Positions 39,237 to 50,243 of a DNA stretch of 64,000 nt are shown here, one piece after another. Position 1 is the first letter of the stretch. Each line of letters opens with the position of its first letter. Origin of the DNA: an uncultured delta proteobacterium. Its GTDB lineage: Bacteria; Myxococcota_A; Polyangia; Haliangiales; Haliangiaceae. The notes beneath the pieces are model-generated. The model was given only the letters and a program-made list of their open reading frames with translations. It did not search any database and was not told the DNA's origin. Made by a program: the position numbers and the translations under genes. The stretch is taken from positions 1-64,000 of the forward strand of contig CAWKDB010000001.1 of assembly GCA_963848295.1 (NCBI GenBank). The letters are read 5' to 3'.

Positions 39237-40387
39237 GCCGACTCGCGATCGCGGTGATCGCGATCGCGGCGACCGGCTCGATGGCCGCAGCGGACGATGC
39301 CGAGACCGCGGCCGATCGTGCGTTTCGCGCGGCGGAGACGGCGGTCACCAATGGCTCGGCGGCGGCGGCGCTCGACCAGTTCGAAGCGCTCGGTGCCGCT
39401 CGGCCCATCACGCGGTGGACCGACGACGCCTGGCTCGAGGCGGCCCGGCTCGCCGAACGCGCTCGCGACTACGATCGGGCGCGGCGTGATTTCGAAGCGG
39501 TGATCGCGGTGACGACTGACGACCAGCTCGCGAGGCGCGCGAAGAACGCGCTGGCTCGGATCGCGACCGCTGCGGGCGCCGAGGGCCAGTGGAGCGCGGT
39601 CGCCGCCGATTTCGATCGCCTCGCCAGTGCGATCCTCGCGCCGACCGGCGATCCGAAGCCCGCGATCCGCGAGCTCGAGCAGCTCGTGCTCGATCATCCC
39701 GACTATCCGCGCGCGGGCAACGCGCGGCTCGTGATCGCTCGCGGCTGGGAGCGCGATGGCGATGCCGACCGCGCGGTCGCGACGCTGCGCGCCGCCGCGA
39801 ACATCGGTCCGGCGATCGATCGCCGCCGCGCGGGCTTGGAGCTCGTGCGCGTGCTCGTGCGCCACGACGACCTCGACGAGGCGACCGCGGCGCTCGCCCG
39901 CGTCGATCACGTCGATCCGCACGATCGCGCCGAGGTCGCCGATCAGCTCGAGACCGCGCGCCATCGCGAGTGGTGGCGGCGCGCGCTGTGGCTGGGGCTC
40001 GCCGCGCTCGGCGCCGCCGCTGCGATCCGGCTGCGCCGGGCGACCGGGTCGTGGCGCGCGACCGGCCGCGCGCTGCTCCGGCCACCGATCGAGCTCGCGT
40101 TCTTCGTGCCGATCGCGGTCGTCATCGTCATCGTCGCCGCGACCGGCAACCCGATGGTCGCGCGCGCGGTCCGGACGATCGCGATCGCGGGCGCCGTGGT
40201 CGGATGGCTGTCGGGTGTCGCGCTCGAGGCACGGCGCCGGCGCGGCCCCTTGTCGCGGTTCGGTGCCGTTGGCCATGCCGCATGCGCCGCGCTCGCCGTC
40301 GCCGCCGCGGTGTGGCTCGCGATCGATCGCGGTCACATGATCGATCTCGTCGAGATGACGTGGCGCGACGGCCCGGCGATGCGCTGA
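39233..40387 (+). CDS. TPR-containing membrane protein
   Basis: Signal peptide, TPR-like helices, 4 C-terminal TMs; ATGA coupling. Confidence 0.7.
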   Translation: MSRLAIAVIAIAATGSMAAADDAETAADRAFRAAETAVTNGSAAAALDQFEALGAARPITRWTDDAWLEAARLAERARDYDRARRDFEAVIAVTTDDQLARRAKNALARIATAAGAEGQWSAVAADFDRLASAILAPTGDPKPAIRELEQLVLDHPDYPRAGNARLVIARGWERDGDADRAVATLRAAANIGPAIDRRRAGLELVRVLVRHDDLDEATAALARVDHVDPHDRAEVADQLETARHREWWRRALWLGLAALGAAAAIRLRRATGSWRATGRALLRPPIELAFFVPIAVVIVIVAATGNPMVARAVRTIAIAGAVVGWLSGVALEARRRRGPLSRFGAVGHAACAALAVAAAVWLAIDRGHMIDLVEMTWRDGPAMR

Positions 40388-40395
40388 CGAACGCC

Positions 40396-40866
40396 TCAGT
40401 CGACGAAGAACGCCGAGACCTGACCGAGATCGGCGCGCGCGGTGAACGTCGGCTTGTGGTCTTCGATCGCGCAACACTGCGCGGTGCGAAACGGCTGGAT
40501 CGCCGGCACGCCGAGCAAGAATGCACCTAGCGCCGAGATCGCAGGCTCGTGCCCGACCACGACGACCGCGCCGCCCAATGCGGCGAGCTCGCCGGCCGCG
40601 ACGCGCGGTTGCGCCGATGGCTCGAGGCAGCGCCACGACGCGATCGCGGCGATGTAATCGAGGCCGGCAGCGAGCAGCTCGGCGGTCTGCACCGCGCGCG
40701 GCAGCGGCGAGCACACGATCGCGCCGGGCGCGACGTTGGTTTCGCGCAGCAGCCGGGCGAGCACGCGCGCCGATTCGCGGCCGCGATCGCTCAACCACCG
40801 ATCGCGATCGCTGCCGGCTCGCGCTTCGGGCACCGCTTCGCCGTGGCGAACGAGGTAGATCTTCAT
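40396..40866 (-). CDS. sixA: Phosphohistidine phosphatase SixA
   Basis: LVRHG, SPLPRAVQTA, VVGHEP. Confidence 0.85.
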   Translation of the reverse strand: MKIYLVRHGEAVPEARAGSDRDRWLSDRGRESARVLARLLRETNVAPGAIVCSPLPRAVQTAELLAAGLDYIAAIASWRCLEPSAQPRVAAGELAALGGAVVVVGHEPAISALGAFLLGVPAIQPFRTAQCCAIEDHKPTFTARADLGQVSAFFVD

Positions 40867-42371
40867 GGCTTGGTGACCGGGCCGCCGCTGCCCTCTTCCA
40901 CCGGCAACGGCTCGTCTGATCCCGCGTGCTCGATCACGGGCGGCGCCTGCTTGCACAGCGGGGCCGGGCCCGCAGACAACACGTCGAGCGCGATCCCGGC
41001 CTTGTTATCGAGCTTCTGTGACTCGTGCCCGGTCGTGGTGTCCCACAGCCGGATCGCCCCGTCGCCATCGTCGTAGGCGAGGGTCGTAGGATCGATCCAC
41101 CGGTTCGCGAACCGGCTCTTCGCGGTCAGCACGTGCTTGAGTGCGCCGGTCTTGTCGTCGGCGATGTACAGCGATGGCGCCGCATCGACCGCGCAGGGAT
41201 CGACCGCGGTGGCGAACGCGACGTGGCCGCCGCCCGGGCTCACCGCGACCGTGAGCTGCGCGGCTTGGCCAGACTCCGGCACGGCGATCGTCGCGCCACC
41301 CGCGGTCTTGAGCGTGGGCGCCGTCGCCGGCTCTGCGGTCCACGCGGCATCCACGCCGTCGGGCTTGCGGACGAGCCGACCTTCGTCGAGCGTGAACTCG
41401 ATGCGCGGCACGGGCAGCGGGTCCGCCACCTTCGTCAGCTTGCCGGTCGACTTGTCGACCGAGGCGATCACGGGATCGGCGAGTCCCCAGCGACCGTTCG
41501 CCGCGGCGGTGCCGACGAGGAGTTGATCGCCCGCGCCGTAGCCGACCGACACCATCCGCGCCGCCGGCAGGTGGACGCGCGGGCTCGGCTTGAAGTCGCT
41601 GTCTAGCACGACGAGCCACGGTCGCGCGACGAGCGCCGGCGCGTCGTCCGCCTTCGGGTGATCGACCTTGTCGAACCCGAGCACCGCGGTCTCCGCGTTG
41701 TCCGGCGCCCGGACAAAGCCGACGACCTGGTGATCGGTGTGGGTGAGGCGCAAGTAGCGCTTGCTATCCCGATCGAACACATAGAGCTCGCCGCGGCTCG
41801 ACGCCGGTTGCACGCCGGCGGCGGCGGGCCACTTGAACGCGCTGCGCCGGCCGACGAGCCAGACCCCGGCTTTGATCTCCTTGACGTATTCGTCGTGGAT
41901 CCGCTGCGCGAGCGCGATGACCGCTTGGCCGTGGGGCGTGGCGATGAGCGGCTTGAGGTCGTCGTCGCCGAGCTTGGGGGCGTAGTAGAAATAGTCGCCG
42001 GCGATCGCGGTGACCGCGTGATCGACCGCGGCGGCCGGGTCGCCTTGCTGCGCGAGTGCGGCGGCGAGCAACCATTGAGCATCGAGGTGCTGCGGATCCT
42101 TCGCGAGTGCGGCTTCGCAGTCGGCCTTGACCGCCGCCCAGTCGTGGGTCTTCGTCTTCGCCACGACCGCTTTTTCGTAGGCGGGCGCACCCTCGGCGTA
42201 GATGAAGCCGAACCTCGCGATCTTGTCCACGCCGAGCGCGGGCAGCGCGAGCGGAGCGGCGTGGGGCGCGATGGGCCCGCCATCCTGCCTTACCGCGGGC
42301 GCTTGTTTCTTCTTGCCGCAGCCCAGAAGCGCCACTGTAAGGAGCAGCCATGGTAATCGTTGCAGCACCAA
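40863..42371 (-). CDS. Lipoprotein with TPR and beta-propeller-like regions
   Basis: LLGC lipobox, TPR segment, beta-rich C-terminal half. Confidence 0.7.
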   Translation of the reverse strand: MVLQRLPWLLLTVALLGCGKKKQAPAVRQDGGPIAPHAAPLALPALGVDKIARFGFIYAEGAPAYEKAVVAKTKTHDWAAVKADCEAALAKDPQHLDAQWLLAAALAQQGDPAAAVDHAVTAIAGDYFYYAPKLGDDDLKPLIATPHGQAVIALAQRIHDEYVKEIKAGVWLVGRRSAFKWPAAAGVQPASSRGELYVFDRDSKRYLRLTHTDHQVVGFVRAPDNAETAVLGFDKVDHPKADDAPALVARPWLVVLDSDFKPSPRVHLPAARMVSVGYGAGDQLLVGTAAANGRWGLADPVIASVDKSTGKLTKVADPLPVPRIEFTLDEGRLVRKPDGVDAAWTAEPATAPTLKTAGGATIAVPESGQAAQLTVAVSPGGGHVAFATAVDPCAVDAAPSLYIADDKTGALKHVLTAKSRFANRWIDPTTLAYDDGDGAIRLWDTTTGHESQKLDNKAGIALDVLSAGPAPLCKQAPPVIEHAGSDEPLPVEEGSGGPVTKP

Positions 42372-42382
42372 CGGAGGATGCC

Positions 42383-42922
42383 ATGAAGACCCCTATGCTC
42401 GCGCTCGCGGTCGCACTCGTCTGCGGCTGTTCTCATCAGAAGCCCAAGGCGACGACGCCGACCGCGGCCGAGCCGCCCCCGGAAAACACCACGAAGCCGG
42501 CTCCGGCGGTGACGACCGATCAGAAGGTCAGCAACAACCTCGCGCTGGCCGGCGACCTGCTCGCGATGTGCGGCATCAAGGCGACGCCGTCCGCGGCGAA
42601 CCCGAAGTTCGACTACGACAAGGACGAGCTCACCGCCGATGACCGCAACGTCCTCGACCAGCTCGCGACGTGCATGACGACGGGCGCGCTCAAGGGCAAG
42701 CCGGTCGCCCTGATCGGTCGCGCCGATCCACGTGGCACCACCGAGTACAACCTCGGTCTCGGATCGCGCCGCGCCGGCACGGTCAGCTCGTATCTCGAGC
42801 ACCTCGGCGTGGTTCAGACCCAGCTCGCGGTCACGACGCGCGGCTCGCTCGATGCGACGGGAACCGACGAGGCGACGTGGGCCGCCGATCGCCGGGTCGA
42901 CGTCCAGCTCAAGCGAGACTGA
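42383..42922 (+). CDS. OmpA/Pal-family peptidoglycan-binding lipoprotein
   Basis: VCGC lipobox, FDYD, GRADPRG, YNLGLGSRRA, DRRV; GGAGG RBS. Confidence 0.9.
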   Translation: MKTPMLALAVALVCGCSHQKPKATTPTAAEPPPENTTKPAPAVTTDQKVSNNLALAGDLLAMCGIKATPSAANPKFDYDKDELTADDRNVLDQLATCMTTGALKGKPVALIGRADPRGTTEYNLGLGSRRAGTVSSYLEHLGVVQTQLAVTTRGSLDATGTDEATWAADRRVDVQLKRD

Positions 42923-42939
42923 TCGGGTACAGTCGCGAC

Positions 42940-44472
42940 GTGGCTCTCGAGCACGTCGCGCAAGGCCAGACCCGGTTCTTCACGCCGGGGGTCGCGCCGG
43001 ATCCGCGCGGGATCGTGCTCGGTCGTGTCTGCTTGATGACGTTTCCGACGCTCGAAGGCGCGATCGCTTGGTTGCGGCTGTACGCGTCGGAGGCTTCGCT
43101 CGACGAGCTGTTGTCCGGCTTGGCGATCACGAAGGCGAAGACCGCGCTCGGCAGCCGCGAGATCGTCGTGCAGATCCCCGCCGTGTCGTCGTATGCCGCG
43201 GATCGCGCGGCGCGGCTCGCTCGGCTCGTCGGCGGGGCGATCTACACCGGCACCGCGAAGCACTTCGTCAAGTACCGCGACGATCGCTCGCCGTATGGCT
43301 ACGACGCGGTCGACATCGGCGCGATGCCCGCCGCCGCTGACTTCGTGGTGCATGGCGACGAGTTCGCACAAGGCTACGAGCGCGAGGGCGACCTGCCGTT
43401 CGCGCGGCTGCTGTTCCGCCTGTCGATCCGAAAGATTCCGGGCGGAGAGCGGCTCGGGCCCGACGATCGTGCCGAGCTCTACCTCGCGGTCGCGCACGGC
43501 CTGTCCGACGGGATCATTCGCTACTTGTGGCGCAATCGGGTCGAGGCCCACGCCGGCATCTTCACGCCGAAGACGACGAGCGCGTTCGACGACCACGGCC
43601 GCGAGCGCGGCTACATGTGGATTCGCGCGCGCAACATGCCCGAGCGGATCCTCGCACTGTTCCTTGGCACGCCGGGCATCGATGTGTTTCGCGCCGCGGG
43701 TCCAGGGGCCGCGGTCGCGGTCGGTTATTCGCATCCGATCGATCTCGCGTCGTGCTCGTCGGTGTTTCCCGCCGACACGTTCCACGTATTCTGGCCCGGC
43801 GATCGCGTCGATGTGTTGCCGGGACCGCTCGCGCTTGCCGACATCGCCGATCTGACGCGCGTCGATCTCGAGCTCGACAAGCCGAGCGAGCCGCAAGCTC
43901 GCAACGGGGCGCCGCCCGAGCCGATCGGCGTGCCGCTGCGCATCGCGGTGGCGATGGGCCCGCCGCGGCGAGTCGTCGCGACGCTGATCGCGACCGAGCA
44001 TGCGAGTCGGCTCAAGCGCATCCTGTTCGCGTTGCCGCCGGTATCGTTGCGCGGCCATCGCGTCGCGATCACCGATCGCGGCATCCTCGTGATCGGCTCG
44101 GAGAACCTCGACGTCATCCCGCTCGGCCAGCTGCTGTGCGAGCTCACGCCTGGCTTGCTCGTCCCGCTCGGCATGGATGTCGTGCCGCGCGTGACGCCCG
44201 AAGTGCTCGCGCGCGCGCTCGGCCACGCCGCAGGCCTCGTCACCGTGTTCACCGCCGACGGCAAGCCGTTCCAGGTGTCCGAAGCCGCGTTCGTCACGCT
44301 CGAGCGCCGCTCGCTCGCCAAGCTCGACGTCGAGCAAGCCGAGACCACGAGCTACACCGCCGATCCGACGACCGCGCCCGAAGTCGTCAACGACGTCGTC
44401 GGTCGATTCGCGCTGTGGGGCTTCCCCGACGCGCCGGATCGCAAGCTGCTACCGCCGGGCTCTGGCAAGTAA
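42940..44472 (+). CDS. Uncharacterised cytoplasmic protein, candidate MoxR-vWA system component
   Basis: 510 aa, typical codon usage, TACAGT 6 nt before GTG, no signal peptide or TM. Confidence 0.7.
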   Translation: MALEHVAQGQTRFFTPGVAPDPRGIVLGRVCLMTFPTLEGAIAWLRLYASEASLDELLSGLAITKAKTALGSREIVVQIPAVSSYAADRAARLARLVGGAIYTGTAKHFVKYRDDRSPYGYDAVDIGAMPAAADFVVHGDEFAQGYEREGDLPFARLLFRLSIRKIPGGERLGPDDRAELYLAVAHGLSDGIIRYLWRNRVEAHAGIFTPKTTSAFDDHGRERGYMWIRARNMPERILALFLGTPGIDVFRAAGPGAAVAVGYSHPIDLASCSSVFPADTFHVFWPGDRVDVLPGPLALADIADLTRVDLELDKPSEPQARNGAPPEPIGVPLRIAVAMGPPRRVVATLIATEHASRLKRILFALPPVSLRGHRVAITDRGILVIGSENLDVIPLGQLLCELTPGLLVPLGMDVVPRVTPEVLARALGHAAGLVTVFTADGKPFQVSEAAFVTLERRSLAKLDVEQAETTSYTADPTTAPEVVNDVVGRFALWGFPDAPDRKLLPPGSGK

Positions 44473-45656
44473 TGGCGCGCCCGCACGTTCGCGACTTCCT
44501 CGACAAGTTCGTGCGCCCGCTCGTCGCTGGCGGCGAGCTCCACGTCGGCGTGCCGATCCCGCTCGCCGATGTCGAGCGCTGGGAGCAGGAGCTCGACGAC
44601 GCGAGCGTCGAGCAAGTCGCGGTCGATGACGCGCGCGCCGCGGTGCTCGCCCCGCTCGTCGTTCGACCGCCGGCGCTGCTGCTCGGTGCCGACGAGCTCG
44701 CGCTCGCGGCCGGGTTGCACGACGCGCTGTTCCTCGTTCACCCGCGCGCCGATCGGTGGTCGGTGACCGATCGCCAGCGCCGCAAGATCGTCGATACCGC
44801 GCTCTCGCTCGTCAGCCAGCCGCTGACCCGCGATCGCACGCGGATCATGGCGCGCCACGCGCTGCTCCATAACTTGATGGCGCTGACCCGCAACGACATC
44901 ACGGTGTCGTGGTGGACGGGGCGTGCGCGTTTCCAAGGTCAGAAGCCTCCGGCGCGGTTGACCGCGTGGCGCGGCGTGCGGCGCGTGCGAGAAGAGGTGA
45001 CGGTCGCGGACTTCGACGAGCTGCTCGCCGTACCCGACACCGCGCCGGTGATCGCGACGCTGTTGCGCCGCACGCCGTTGACCCAACTGCTCGACGATCA
45101 TCCCGGTGCGCCGCCGCTGCACTGGGAAGATGCGGTGTTCGTGTTGCGCGATCACGAGCTCGCCCGTGGCGTCGCGTATCGCCTCGTTCCCGATGCGGCG
45201 GCGCGCGAGCAGGTCACCGGTCCGGCCCGGCTCGCCGCCGCGTTCGAGCAGATGCTCGAGCGCGCGCCGGATGAAGCCGACGTGCGCGCGGTCGCGGCAT
45301 TTCTCGTCTACCTCGGCGCGCTGTTCTGCCTCGGCGAGCTCCACCTGCGCGAGCCGGCAGCGAAGAGCCCGCTGTTGTCGACCGTGCTCTCGGTCGAGGC
45401 GATCGGCCAGCGGCCCCGCGGCCTCGCGACGCTGTTCGCGCTGCCCGGTGCACTCGCCACGGTCGATCCACGGCTTGCGACCCCGCCCGGGCTCGCCGAC
45501 TCGCCGGCGCTCGCAGCGCGGTGGCGCGTTCACCGCGCACAAGCCTCCGAGCTGCTCGGCGACGCGGTGATCGAAGCGCTCGCGAACCGCTTGCGCCGGC
45601 ACCTAAAACCGGGGACGGAAGAATCTTTGTCAACCGGAGTTCAGACGCAGACCTAG
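44472..45656 (+). CDS. Uncharacterised cytoplasmic protein, coupled to the upstream gene
   Basis: TAATG overlap; motif ARHALLHNL...VSWWTG...PPARL.AW; the 3' end contains a copy of the 24-bp repeat. Confidence 0.7.
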   Translation: MARPHVRDFLDKFVRPLVAGGELHVGVPIPLADVERWEQELDDASVEQVAVDDARAAVLAPLVVRPPALLLGADELALAAGLHDALFLVHPRADRWSVTDRQRRKIVDTALSLVSQPLTRDRTRIMARHALLHNLMALTRNDITVSWWTGRARFQGQKPPARLTAWRGVRRVREEVTVADFDELLAVPDTAPVIATLLRRTPLTQLLDDHPGAPPLHWEDAVFVLRDHELARGVAYRLVPDAAAREQVTGPARLAAAFEQMLERAPDEADVRAVAAFLVYLGALFCLGELHLREPAAKSPLLSTVLSVEAIGQRPRGLATLFALPGALATVDPRLATPPGLADSPALAARWRVHRAQASELLGDAVIEALANRLRRHLKPGTEESLSTGVQTQT

Positions 45657-45699
45657 CGATCTCGAACACTTGTCGGGGGACGGAGGAATCTTTGTCAAC
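45611..45699 (+). repeat. Doublet of 24-bp direct repeats, same family as 3478-3567
   Basis: GGGGACGGAAGAATCTTTGTCAAC (45611-45634) and GGGGACGGAGGAATCTTTGTCAAC (45676-45699), 41-nt spacer. Confidence 0.85.
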
Positions 45700-45727
45700 C
45701 GGCCACCGCACGCGGCGCACGACCTGC

Positions 45728-47035
45728 CTACCCCGGATCGATCGGCGCGGCGAGTTGCTCGCGAATGATCTCGCCCCACGGAGCGCGCGCGCCGAGCTGC
45801 GCGAGCACCGCGAACAGTCCCCACTGCAGGCGATTGAGGAACAGCCACTCGGGCGGCATCGCGAGCTTCATGCGATTCGGATTGTCGAACATCTGCACGC
45901 TGAAGCTCTCGGTCACGAAGCCGGGCGTGAACCCGAACCCGGGCTCGAGGAACGGTCGATACAACGTCCGCAGCGCGTTCCACTGGTAGTCCCAGTCGAA
46001 GCCGCGCTCCTTGCCGACAAACCCGAGCGTGCGAAAACCGGACGCGAAGCCAGCGCGATCGCCGGCGAGCACCGAGCTCGCCATCTGTTTCCACACCGCG
46101 ATCATCGCGGGCTCGAAGCGACGAACGCAACCGAAATCCAAGAACGTCACGTCGCCGGCGGGCGTTACCAAGTAATTCCCCGGGTGCGGATCGGCGTTGT
46201 AGATGCAGCGGCGGAACAGCAGCTCGAACGACGCGCGGAACACGAGCTCGCCGGCGCGATCGCGCGCCGCTTGGTCGCCGGTCGTCGCGAACGCGGGCAG
46301 CGGCATCGAGCGGTCGAGCTCGCTCGTCAGCACGCGCCGGCTCGAGCGCTCGGCGATCACCGCGGGAACGTTCGCGCCGGGCAGAGCCGCGAGTAGCGCC
46401 GCGAAGTCGCGCTGGTTGCGCGCCTCGCGCTCGTAATCGCACTCCTCGAGCAAGCGATCGCGGAGCTCGCGCACGAGCTCGCCGCCGCTGACCGGCGAGC
46501 CGATCATCGACAGCCGAGCGAGCGCGCCGACCGTACGCAGATCGCTGCGAATCGCGTCTTCGATCCCCGGGTACTGCACCTTGACCGCGAGCTCTTGGCC
46601 GCGCCACCGCGCGCGGTGCACTTGCCCGATCGATGCCGCGGCGAACGGCCGTGGCTCGAGCTCGTCGAACAGCTCGCCGGTGGGCGCCCCGAGCTCGCTG
46701 CGCACGACCTCATCGATCCGCGCGAACGTCATCGGGGTCGACGCCGACTGCAGCTCGGCGAGCACTTCCTGCGCCTCGGGAGGCAGCGCGCCCGGCATGT
46801 AGCTCGCGATCTGGCCGGCCTTCATCACGAGGCCCTTGAGCTGGCCCATGCGCGCGACCAGCTGCTTCGCCGACGCGATCGTCGCGGCGCGGCTCGCGAG
46901 CGCGGCGTCGGGGTCCGGTGGCTTGCCGCGAAAGAACACGCGACCGGCGGCCTTCATCCCGAGCTTGCTGGTCAGGCTCGCGGTCGACCACACACGACCC
47001 AGGCCGCCGCGCAGCTTGTCGAGATCGTCTGCCAC
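45728..47035 (-). CDS. ABC1/UbiB atypical kinase (second copy)
   Basis: LKGLVMKAGQ, AAASIGQVH, AVKVQYP, ADPHPGN, LDFG; probable GTG start at 47035. Confidence 0.88.
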   Translation of the reverse strand: MADDLDKLRGGLGRVWSTASLTSKLGMKAAGRVFFRGKPPDPDAALASRAATIASAKQLVARMGQLKGLVMKAGQIASYMPGALPPEAQEVLAELQSASTPMTFARIDEVVRSELGAPTGELFDELEPRPFAAASIGQVHRARWRGQELAVKVQYPGIEDAIRSDLRTVGALARLSMIGSPVSGGELVRELRDRLLEECDYEREARNQRDFAALLAALPGANVPAVIAERSSRRVLTSELDRSMPLPAFATTGDQAARDRAGELVFRASFELLFRRCIYNADPHPGNYLVTPAGDVTFLDFGCVRRFEPAMIAVWKQMASSVLAGDRAGFASGFRTLGFVGKERGFDWDYQWNALRTLYRPFLEPGFGFTPGFVTESFSVQMFDNPNRMKLAMPPEWLFLNRLQWGLFAVLAQLGARAPWGEIIREQLAAPIDPG

Positions 47036-47073
47036 CCCGATACGATGCAGGGCCCGCCGCGGTCGTTGCGCAG

Positions 47074-48786
47074 CTAGTGCTTGCGCTCTTCGATCGCGAC
47101 GTGAACGGCGCGCTCCGCGTTGCGGATGTGTCCATTCGCGCGGCCGCGCAGGCCCTTGGCCCAGTTGTCGTCTTCGCGCTTCTCGATGTCGTCCGCCGCC
47201 TTGTGGAGCAGCTCCTCGGCCTGGCGCAGGCGATTGCGATGCGACAGCTTCGCATCGACCGGCGGGTGCTCGGTGAGCGGCTTGCCGTCGTCGATCGACG
47301 CGCCCTTGATCTCGTTGATCGCGCCGTCGATCTCGCGGACCGCGCTCTGCTCGTCCCACTTGACCTCGGGCTTCGCCGGCTTCTCGAGCAGGAAGCGCGC
47401 GAGGCGCAGGTCGCTGAGCGCGTGGAGATACGCCGGATGATCGCCCGGGCCCGGGGCAGGCGCCATCGTCATGCCAGCCGCGTCAGCGCGCTCGCCGATC
47501 GCGGCGCGAACCGCTTGCTCCGCGGCGCGAATGCGACCGACCGCGCGGTTGCGCAAGCCCTTGGCCCAGTTGTCGTCTTCGCGCTTCTCGATGTCGTCGG
47601 CCGACTTGTGGAGCAGGTCCATCGCCTGGCGCAAGCGATCGCGGTGCGGCAGCTTCGCATCGACCGGCGGGTGGTCGGTGAGCGGCTTGCCGTCATCGAT
47701 CGACGCGTCGCGGATCTCCTTCAGCGCGCCATCGATATCGCGGATCGCGGCTCTCTCGTCCCACTTGACGTCCGGGCGAGCCGGCTTCGCCAGTAGGAAG
47801 CGCGCGAACCGCAGGTCGCTCATCGCGTGCAGGTACGCGGGGTGATCGCCCGGGCCCGCGCCCACCGGCGCGACGACCGCGACCGGCGCTTCGTGCAACC
47901 GCTTCGCGTCTTGCATGCCTTCGCGGATCGCCTGGTCGGCGCGGTTGATGTGCTCGAGCGACGCGCGCTTCAGCTTGCGGACCTCCGGGCTGTCCTCGGC
48001 TTGGTTGACGTCGGCGCGCGCTGCGGCGACGAGCTCGGCGGCCTTGCCGAGGCGACCGCCCCACGTCGGGATGTCGAGCGGCGGGTGATCCTCGAGTGGC
48101 TTGCCGTCGTCGATCGAGGCGTGCTTGATCTCGTTGATCGCCGCGTCGAGCTGGCGGATCGCGCGGTTCTCGTCCCACTTCACGGCGAGGCCGGCCGGGC
48201 GCGATAGCCAACCGCGCGCCGCGCGCAGATCGCTCAGCGCGTGGAGGTAGGCGGGGTGCTTCGGCGGCGGGCCCACCGGCGCGACAACCGCGACGGGCGC
48301 GCTGGCATCGGCGATGCCTTCTTTGATGTCGTTCGCGGCGCCATCGATCTGACCGAGCGCGCGATTACGCAGGCCACCGGCGAACGCGTTGTCCTCTTCT
48401 TGGTTGACGTCGCGATGCGCGGTCTCGACGAGCTCGAGCGCTTTTTGCAGGCGACCACCCCAGACCATGCCGGCGTCGACCATCGGGTGATCTTCGATCG
48501 GCTTTCCATCATCGATCGAGGCGCGCTTGATCTCGTTGATCGCGTTGTCGATCTGCCGGATCGCGCGATTCTCGTCCCACTTGACGACCGTGCCAGCGGG
48601 GCGTGCGAGGTAGCCGCGCGCGGCGCGCAGATCGCTCAGCGCGCGCAGGTACGACGGGTGCGCGGACGGCGCCACGGCGACGGCAACCGGCACGGGACGA
48701 ACCGGCGCGACCGGTGCGGGCGAGGTCGCGACCGTGGCGGTGCAACCGGCGGCAAACAACGTAGCGAGTAGCAAGCGATGCTTCAT
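47074..48786 (-). CDS. Lipoprotein with four tandem ~130-aa helical repeats
   Basis: AAGC lipobox; four copies of HPxYLxAxSDLRxAR...KWDE...SIDDGKP..HP..D. Confidence 0.85.
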   Translation of the reverse strand: MKHRLLLATLFAAGCTATVATSPAPVAPVRPVPVAVAVAPSAHPSYLRALSDLRAARGYLARPAGTVVKWDENRAIRQIDNAINEIKRASIDDGKPIEDHPMVDAGMVWGGRLQKALELVETAHRDVNQEEDNAFAGGLRNRALGQIDGAANDIKEGIADASAPVAVVAPVGPPPKHPAYLHALSDLRAARGWLSRPAGLAVKWDENRAIRQLDAAINEIKHASIDDGKPLEDHPPLDIPTWGGRLGKAAELVAAARADVNQAEDSPEVRKLKRASLEHINRADQAIREGMQDAKRLHEAPVAVVAPVGAGPGDHPAYLHAMSDLRFARFLLAKPARPDVKWDERAAIRDIDGALKEIRDASIDDGKPLTDHPPVDAKLPHRDRLRQAMDLLHKSADDIEKREDDNWAKGLRNRAVGRIRAAEQAVRAAIGERADAAGMTMAPAPGPGDHPAYLHALSDLRLARFLLEKPAKPEVKWDEQSAVREIDGAINEIKGASIDDGKPLTEHPPVDAKLSHRNRLRQAEELLHKAADDIEKREDDNWAKGLRGRANGHIRNAERAVHVAIEERKH

Positions 48787-48999
48787 GGTCTTCACCCTTT
48801 GTGGATAAGTGATACGCGGGACACTGCACGGTCTGCGCCGACGAGGCGATCGCTATGCCCTCGGATTAACTCGGTCCCGCCGAGGCCTTGTCGCGTCAGC
48901 TTGCCTCACCACGAGGCGATCTGACCGCGGCAGTGAGGCATACTCAGGTCATCCTCACCGCGGTCGCTTCGCTATCGATTGAGGTAAGGTCGCTCGCCC

Positions 49000-50228
<1,229 letters not shown>

Positions 50229-50243
50229 CTACCCGGCCTCTCC

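Noticed and set aside
3478..45699. 24-bp repeat doublets as CRISPR arrays
   Set aside because: Only two copies per locus, imperfect and non-palindromic, one overlaps a CDS, and no cas genes are present.
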